Positions 14,533-19,929 of a DNA stretch of 19,929 nt are shown here, piece by piece. Source of the DNA: Candidatus Eiseniibacteriota bacterium. GTDB lineage: Bacteria > Eisenbacteria > RBG-16-71-46. Both the position numbers and the translations under genes were made by a program. Under the pieces are notes generated by a model that made no database searches, was not told the origin of the DNA, and worked only from the letters and a program-made list of their open reading frames with translations. The stretch covers positions 1 to 19,929 of the forward strand of contig JANLWX010000164.1 in the NCBI GenBank assembly GCA_031364845.1. Reading direction: 5' to 3'. The first letter of the stretch is position 1; every line of letters starts with the position of its first letter.

Positions 14533-17385
14533 TCACTTGAGGATCGCAAACCTGCGCGTCGTCGTCCCGCTGGCGATCACGATGCGATAGAAGTAGAGCC
14601 CCGAGGCAAGCCGTCTGCCGTCCGCACCCGCACCGTCGAACCACACCTGCTGCGGTCCGACTTCAGCATCGCGGTCCATCAACGTGCGGACGACACGCCC
14701 GGACACATCGAGCACCTGCACCCGCGCGGGCCCCGGCTGCTCCACGACGAAGGACAGCAGCCCGCCCTCCCGCATCGGATTGGGCGAGAGCACCGCGCCC
14801 CTGGGCAGCGGATCGTCGAATCCGGACACTTCGGAAGACGCGGCCGGTGAAGCAGCCCCGGAGTTGGCTTCGATCGCCACCAGATCCACGATCAGCGTCT
14901 CGGCCGGAACCGCCGGTTGATCGACGATCTGAAGATCGAGCGTCGTCCCCGCCGTCTTTGGAACGAAATCGAGCGACAGCCGCTGCCACGTCTTGCGCAG
15001 CTTGATGCCGCCCGAGAGCTTCGGGCTTCCGACCAGCGTCGATCCTCGGTACTCGCGCACCTGCAGCACGGCTTTGCCGCGGCTGCTCGGAGAGCGCACC
15101 CATGCGCTGAAGTGGTACGGAGTCCCGACGTGCGCCGCAGGAACGCTCGTAACCCAATTCGGACTGTCGTTGATACCGAACGAGGCCGTCGACGGCCCTC
15201 CGATCGATCGCATCGCGTAGCCACCTGTGAACCCTCCTTCGATGCGATCGAGGTTCGACGTGGCGTAGGCGCGCCATCCGGAGAGATCGGTTTCGGCGGA
15301 AGCATTGGTCACGAGATTCTGCGCCACCGGTGCGGCGACCAGCACCGGTTTCGTCACGGTGTAGTTGCCGCCGCGGTCGTCGTGGACGGTGAGCCGGGCA
15401 TTCCAGCTTCCCGCGCCATAGGTGTGTGAGGCCGTGCCGACCGGGCCGCTCTGAATGGAAGTGCCGTCGCCGAAGTCGAACTCGTACTCGGTAATGATGC
15501 CGTCACGGTCGGTCGATGCGCGCCCATCCGCATTGACCGTGAGCGGGGCGATACCTGAGGACGGCGCCATTTCGAGGACACCGAACGGAATCACGTTCGA
15601 TCCGCCGGCGACCGAGATCACGCGAGTCGCGGGCGTCGGATCGGCCAGCCCGAGCGCGTCGATCGTCGTGAAGGTGACCCGATACGTTCCCGGCGTCGCG
15701 AACACGACGGGCCCGGGGTCTTCGACGGTCGACCGCGGCACCGCACCTCCGAAGTCCCACAGATACGAGAGCGGCGCATTGCCGTCAGGGTCCGCCGCGA
15801 AGCCCTGGAAGTTGACGCTCTCCCCCGGCTGGATCGCGAGATTGTCTGCGGGTGACGAGATCACCGCGACGGGAGCCTGGTTCGGAGGCTCGACGAACAC
15901 CGTGACCTGGCCGGGTGTGGGATCCGACAATCCGCGCCGGTCGGTGACCGTGAATTCCACCAGATAGTTTCCGGCACGGTCGAATCGCACCGAGCCCGGA
16001 TCCTCGACCGCCACCTCACCCGCACCGCCATCGAAGGTCCAGCGGTAGGTGAACGGCGCGTCGCCATCGGGATCGGAGGCGCTGCCGGCGAACGGAAGCG
16101 CTTCGCCCTCGGAAATGGTCATGTCGTCGCTGGGGGAGGTGATGTCACCGTTCGGCGCCAGATTGGCGATACCGGATCCGATGATCGCGCTGTCGAAGAT
16201 GCTGCCCTGCGTGCACTGAATGTCGATCGGGTTGCTGCGATTGTCACCGGCCGGGCCACAGATCGCTTCGATCTTGATGGCGCTGGCGCTGAACGACAAC
16301 CGAACCGGACCGTGGCGATAGGACCGGAACGCGGACCATGAAGGCTTCGGACATCCCCCGTTCCACAGGCAACCGGTGGTGTCGCGGTCGGCTTCCGCGG
16401 TCGAACCGCCCATGCCCGCCGTGATGTGAACGACGCCGCTCTGCGGATGGCTTCGTTCATAGTTGTGACTGTTACCGTTGAGATTGAGCTTGTACTTCGA
16501 ATGTGTCTGGCCGAGCTGGTCCAGATACTTTTTCAGCGTGGCCGATCCCAGATGGTGGCCGGACGAATACGCCGGGCGATGGCCGAAGGTAACGATGAAC
16601 GTGATGCTGGGATTGGCCTGGGCTGAGTCCATGACGGCCGCAGCTTTCTTCGACCAGTCGAGCCACGCACCGCTGAAGGGTTCGGGATAGGCGATGAAAC
16701 GCACGTTGCCGTAGTCGAACCAGTACCAATCTTCGCTGCAGCACGAGACCGACGGCGACCCGGGAGACGTGCGCGGATTCGGCAGGTCGAACCGGCCTTT
16801 GTAGTTGCGCAGATCGTCGCCGCTGTCCCATTCATGGTTACCCCAGATCGGCATGTAGGCGGCGTCCTGGGACCACACCATCACATCGTTGAAGTGGTTG
16901 TCGACCGCCGCCTGGCCGTGCGCGTTGCCGTAGGTCAGGTCACCCAGCATCAGCGCGAAGGCCGGCAGGTCGTCGGCAATCATCTGCTGCACGACGCCGA
17001 CGCGCGGATAGCGCGCCTTGGAACCGATATCGCCTTCGATCATCACCGTGAAGTCCGAAGCGCCCGGGCGCCGCGCGGTTCGAAACGTGTGACCCGCACC
17101 GGTGCCGATCGCGTAGTGATAGAGCGTATCCGGGAGGAGTCCGGAGATCCGCGCTTCCCGGAATGGTCCGGCGGACGAGAACGGAAGCGGAGAAGGTCTG
17201 TACGCCGTCACGGTATCGCCGAGGGCGGTGGTCAACCCGTAACGCAGGGTCGAGTCAGGCCCCCGCCAATCGAACGACACGGATGTCGGACCGGTGATGG
17301 TCCAATGGATTTCGTCGGCGGCGCGGACGTCGGCCACGCTGGCGAACAGCCCGATGCACACGATGCTGAGCAGCAATCGATTCAT
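14533..17385 (-). CDS. Secreted purple-acid-phosphatase-like metallophosphoesterase (950 aa): FN3-like N-domain, catalytic domain, 3 PKD, CBM4/9-like domain, FlgD-Ig/T9SS-CTD-like tail
   Basis: GGAG upstream of ATG 17385 and signal peptide MNRLLLSIVCIGLFASVADVRA (start moved from 17595). FN3-like ISGLLPDTLYHY. Catalytic motifs GDIG, GDLTY, GNHE, FGHRP, GNSHNYER. PKD motifs YRWTFDG, YLWDFGG, YEFDFGDG. Tail SPNP...DVSGRVVRTL...FDGAGADGRRLASGLYFY. Confidence 0.9.
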   Translation of the reverse strand: MNRLLLSIVCIGLFASVADVRAADEIHWTITGPTSVSFDWRGPDSTLRYGLTTALGDTVTAYRPSPLPFSSAGPFREARISGLLPDTLYHYAIGTGAGHTFRTARRPGASDFTVMIEGDIGSKARYPRVGVVQQMIADDLPAFALMLGDLTYGNAHGQAAVDNHFNDVMVWSQDAAYMPIWGNHEWDSGDDLRNYKGRFDLPNPRTSPGSPSVSCCSEDWYWFDYGNVRFIAYPEPFSGAWLDWSKKAAAVMDSAQANPSITFIVTFGHRPAYSSGHHLGSATLKKYLDQLGQTHSKYKLNLNGNSHNYERSHPQSGVVHITAGMGGSTAEADRDTTGCLWNGGCPKPSWSAFRSYRHGPVRLSFSASAIKIEAICGPAGDNRSNPIDIQCTQGSIFDSAIIGSGIANLAPNGDITSPSDDMTISEGEALPFAGSASDPDGDAPFTYRWTFDGGAGEVAVEDPGSVRFDRAGNYLVEFTVTDRRGLSDPTPGQVTVFVEPPNQAPVAVISSPADNLAIQPGESVNFQGFAADPDGNAPLSYLWDFGGAVPRSTVEDPGPVVFATPGTYRVTFTTIDALGLADPTPATRVISVAGGSNVIPFGVLEMAPSSGIAPLTVNADGRASTDRDGIITEYEFDFGDGTSIQSGPVGTASHTYGAGSWNARLTVHDDRGGNYTVTKPVLVAAPVAQNLVTNASAETDLSGWRAYATSNLDRIEGGFTGGYAMRSIGGPSTASFGINDSPNWVTSVPAAHVGTPYHFSAWVRSPSSRGKAVLQVREYRGSTLVGSPKLSGGIKLRKTWQRLSLDFVPKTAGTTLDLQIVDQPAVPAETLIVDLVAIEANSGAASPAASSEVSGFDDPLPRGAVLSPNPMREGGLLSFVVEQPGPARVQVLDVSGRVVRTLMDRDAEVGPQQVWFDGAGADGRRLASGLYFYRIVIASGTTTRRFAILK

Positions 17386-17555
17386 GCGACACTCCAGGCT
17401 CTGCTTCGGTTGCGAGGTGTCCGAAACATGGATGAGATCCGAAGCCGGGCCGGTAGGACTTCGGCCACGGGCGCGGAAGCAAGCAGACATGTGCGGCGCA
17501 TTACTCGGAATCCCCGGCAAACCTTGCGGCGCTAACGACACATGCGCGAACACTG

Positions 17556-17571
17556 TGCACGATGCGGGCCA
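17556..17571 (-). promoter_or_regulatory. Putative sigma54 (-24/-12) promoter for the phosphatase gene
   Basis: Minus strand TGGCCCGCATCGTGCA against consensus TGGCACG-N4-TTGCW: GG/GC spacing exact, 2 mismatches. Lies about 170 nt upstream of ATG 17385. Confidence 0.5.
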
Positions 17572-17623
17572 TGAACCGTGACCAGTCAGCGTCAAGTGTG
17601 GCGCTCATTCCGGGGGCGGGGGT

Positions 17624-17702
17624 GTTTCGTTCGCTAGTACGAAACCTCACGACGGTTCGTGATGGCTAACCCGTTACTCTGGTACGAAGTCGCGAACTTC
17701 GT
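17624..17702. repeat. Cluster of short ACGA(A)-based inverted repeats, candidate transcription-factor or enhancer sites
   Basis: GTTTCGT-N8-ACGAAAC (17624-17645); TCACGA-N4-TCGTGA (17647-17662); ACGAAGT-N5-ACTTCGT (17684-17702). Confidence 0.5.
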
Positions 17703-17848
17703 TGCGGGCACACGCGAGGTTCGGTAGCACTCAACGCGGTCGCGTCAATCGAAACGAATGTTCTCCGCGTGCCGCCGCGGGGAGTGATGATGTACGGCAA
17801 CACGAAATCCTGTTTGAAAAATGGTCCGCGCGGAAAGTCGTTTCGGCG

Positions 17849-19738
17849 TCAGGGCAGCAGCGCCACCCGCACCGCGCGTGACTGAGCGAATCCTGGTCCC
17901 TCTACGGCGAGACGGACCCAGTACATACCCGCAGGCAGAAACGCGCCGCGAGCGTCACGCCCGTCCCAATGCGACGTGTGACTGCCCTCACCCGGCCCCG
18001 AGTAGACGGTAGCCTGCCGGCGCCCGGCGAGATCGAGCACGTCGACGCCGGCATGTGAACCGGCCGGCCCGGCGAAGCGGATCGCAAGCGGCTCTCCCGC
18101 ACGCAGCGGATTCGGACCTGCCGCCAGTGCGAGTGACGCGGCGGGACCGCGCCCCGGAACTCCGAGCGTGCTCGGCACCCAGTTGTTCGCGGCGACAGCC
18201 TGGATCAGACCCCAGCCGATCGTGCTGTTCGGACTAGCGTGATTGAGCGCGGTCTCGCGCAACGCTTCGCGCACCTCGAATGGACCCCAGTTGGGATGCG
18301 ACTCGAGCAGCAGCGCCACGACGCCGGCGGTGAGCGGACATGAGAACGACGTTCCGCTCGAGGTCGTGAACGCGGTGCCGGAAGTGAAGCTCGGCACCCA
18401 CACGCTGCGTCCGCGCGCGACGACGTCCGGCTTGATACGCCCGTCCGCGGTCGGCCCGCGCGATGAGAACCCGGTGACGGCGTTGACCGAGTCGACGGCA
18501 CCCACCGTGATGATCGAGTCGGCATCACCCGGCGACACGAGCGTCTCGGCACCCGGCCCGCCATTGCCCGCGGAATTCACGACCGTGATCCCGCGCCGCG
18601 CCGCTTCGGTTGCCGCGCGCGCCACCACGGTTGTGCGGCCGTCCATGTCCTCCGGACCGTAAGACGGGTAGCCGCTGTCGAAGGTTGAATAGCCGAGGCT
18701 CGAGGAGATCACGTCGGCGCCGAGACTGTCGGCCCATTCCGCTCCGAATTGCCAATAGTCCATCTCAATCGGACGCTCGGTCGGGATGTCTTCGGTCTTC
18801 CCGAGCGCGACCGTCGCTCCGAACGCGGACCCCGAATACTGGCCGGGCTTGGAGGCCGCGACGCATCCCAGCGTCTGCGTGCCGTGGCTGCCCTGCCCGG
18901 TCGAGTCCTGCCCCGGCTGATCGTCGACATTCGTGTCGCCGTGGATGAAGTCGCGGCGCGCGATCACGTCGAGGCTCGCGAATGCCGTGTGCGTGGTGCG
19001 GAATCCGGAATCGAGCATGCACACGAGCACCCCCGCGCCCGAGAGTCCCATCGCATGGAGCTGAGGAACCTGCATCATCGCGAGCTGCTTGAATGAAGGC
19101 CCGTAGTACGCGGTGTCGCCGGGCGCGAGCGTCACCGTGGACGAACGTGCCGCACTCGAGCGCTCGGCGTGGCGTGCCTGTCCCGCATCATCGCTTCCCG
19201 GCGCACCCGGATCCTCGATCGGAACCATGCGCATTGCGACCGGCACGATCTCCATCTTCGATACGAACGGCAGACTCGCGAGATCACGCGCGAGGCGCGC
19301 GGGCATCTCAACGCTCGCCGCGTTCAGCCAGCGGCTGGTGCCGCGCAACCGCGCGCCGCGCGCAACGAGCGCGCGAACATAGGGCTCGTGCACCGCGAGA
19401 TCCGACGCGACGAGACCGGTGATGATCCCGCGGCGCAGACGACGTTCGAGCGAGCGCGGCGAAACGAGCGGGCGCAGCGAGGCACGCGCGGCGGGATTAC
19501 GCTCGGCGCCCGCGCGATCGGTGAACAGGACCCACGCGACGATCGAGGCCTCCGGCCGCTCGGCGACGAGCCGGGCGAGCGACGGCGCGAGCTTGCCGGC
19601 CTCCGGCGCGGCCGCCGGCGAAGACCCCGCAACGCTGGCCGAAGCCCCGAGCGCGGCGGTCAAGACGTTTGCCATCAACAAGTTGCGGATGCGGTATGCG
19701 AACGGTCGGCCGGCAGAGAGTGAACGTGAGTAGGTCAT
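17849..19738 (-). CDS. Secreted S8 (subtilisin-like) serine peptidase (629 aa) with propeptide and FlgD-Ig/T9SS-CTD-like tail
   Basis: Catalytic triad motifs LDSG (Asp), SHGT (His), GTSFSCP (Ser); oxyanion SAGN; AEWADSLGADVISSSLGY; FSSRGPTADGRIKPDVVA. Propeptide WVLFTDR...SRWLNAASV. Tail GPNP...DLAGRR...WDGRDARGAFLPAGMYWVRL. Confidence 0.93.
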   Translation of the reverse strand: MTYSRSLSAGRPFAYRIRNLLMANVLTAALGASASVAGSSPAAAPEAGKLAPSLARLVAERPEASIVAWVLFTDRAGAERNPAARASLRPLVSPRSLERRLRRGIITGLVASDLAVHEPYVRALVARGARLRGTSRWLNAASVEMPARLARDLASLPFVSKMEIVPVAMRMVPIEDPGAPGSDDAGQARHAERSSAARSSTVTLAPGDTAYYGPSFKQLAMMQVPQLHAMGLSGAGVLVCMLDSGFRTTHTAFASLDVIARRDFIHGDTNVDDQPGQDSTGQGSHGTQTLGCVAASKPGQYSGSAFGATVALGKTEDIPTERPIEMDYWQFGAEWADSLGADVISSSLGYSTFDSGYPSYGPEDMDGRTTVVARAATEAARRGITVVNSAGNGGPGAETLVSPGDADSIITVGAVDSVNAVTGFSSRGPTADGRIKPDVVARGRSVWVPSFTSGTAFTTSSGTSFSCPLTAGVVALLLESHPNWGPFEVREALRETALNHASPNSTIGWGLIQAVAANNWVPSTLGVPGRGPAASLALAAGPNPLRAGEPLAIRFAGPAGSHAGVDVLDLAGRRQATVYSGPGEGSHTSHWDGRDARGAFLPAGMYWVRLAVEGPGFAQSRAVRVALLP

Positions 19739-19745
19739 GGCCCTG

Positions 19746-19751
19746 AGTTTA
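19746..19751 (-). promoter_or_regulatory. -10 hexamer positioned for a leaderless S8 peptidase transcript
   Basis: Minus strand TAAACT, 7 nt before ATG 19738. No SD and no clear -35. Confidence 0.35.
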
Positions 19752-19791
19752 ACGCGGTCGCTGGAAGGATCACCAGCGGCGAATGCCAGGC

Positions 19792-19929
19792 TGTAGATGC
19801 CAGATGATTCTGTCCTCCCCTAATTGCAAAGTGATTATGTCCCCCCATGGGACATCTCACGATGAGCGACAAGGAAGCGCAGCGGCCGGGCATCGTTCGG
19901 GCCGCACTGAACGGGAAGGTTACGAATGC
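19792..19929 (+). mobile_element. Left end of a second putative IS1202-family (ISNCY-type) insertion sequence, truncated by the window edge
   Basis: TGTAGATGCCAGATGATTCTGTCC... begins at 19792. Direct repeats TGATTCTGTCC (19805-19815) and TGATTATGTCC (19832-19842), an inverted related copy GGACATCTCAC (19850-19860), a local drop in GC, then a transposase-like ORF. Confidence 0.7.
19847..19929 (+). CDS. Partial N-terminus of an ISNCY/IS1202-family transposase
   Basis: MGHLTMSDKEAQRPGIVRAALNGKVTN... (alternative start 19862) resembles the recalled 'xTMSxKExxRxxVxxxxxxGxxTxxEAA' HTH start of these transposases. Runs off the window and is absent from the ORF track. Confidence 0.65.
   Translation, partial: MGHLTMSDKEAQRPGIVRAALNGKVTN

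Noticed and set aside
17386..17595. Longer N-termini given by the ORF track (17595, 13137, 11228, 10749)
   Set aside because: Downstream starts have better support (SD, signal peptide position or stop/start overlap). The extensions look non-coding or overlap neighbouring genes.
17624..17830. Repeats considered as a CRISPR array or attC cassettes
   Set aside because: The motifs are short, irregularly spaced and not identical direct repeats. No cas or integron-integrase gene is in the window.
19757..19780. Small hairpin GTCGCTGG/CCAGCGGC 11 nt inside the right IS end, considered as a targeting structure
   Set aside because: An 8-bp GC-rich stem is expected by chance, and there is no equivalent at the left IS flank.

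Overview
High-GC bacterial DNA (about 68-70% by eye, not computed). Three secreted proteins end in a FlgD-Ig/T9SS-CTD-like tail and there is a Bacteroidota-type Cbp1-like protein, which points to an FCB-group lineage such as Ca. Eisenbacteria or a relative (inference). There are nine complete genes. On the + strand: a secreted beta-propeller-PKD-PKD-CBM-CTD protein, then an lhr-nei DNA-repair operon. On the - strand: an S8 serine peptidase-CTD, a purple-acid-phosphatase-like PKD x3-CBM-CTD protein, a Cbp1-like coiled-coil protein, and a tightly packed operon of TonB-dependent receptor, YfiR-family protein and HAMP hybrid histidine kinase. The ORF track misses that both window edges appear to be left ends of two different IS1202-family (ISNCY-type) insertion sequences (TGTAGA termini, repeated internal motifs, truncated transposase starts pointing outward). 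The strongest candidates for undescribed biology are (1) a TBDR-YfiR-kinase trans-envelope signalling module that rewires YfiBNR and has a Cys-free YfiR, and (2) a shared PKD-CBM-CTD display cassette carrying different catalytic heads, one an unassigned Cys-rich propeller and one a PAP-like enzyme with a His-to-Asn metal-ligand change. All family assignments are from motif recognition; no searches were run.
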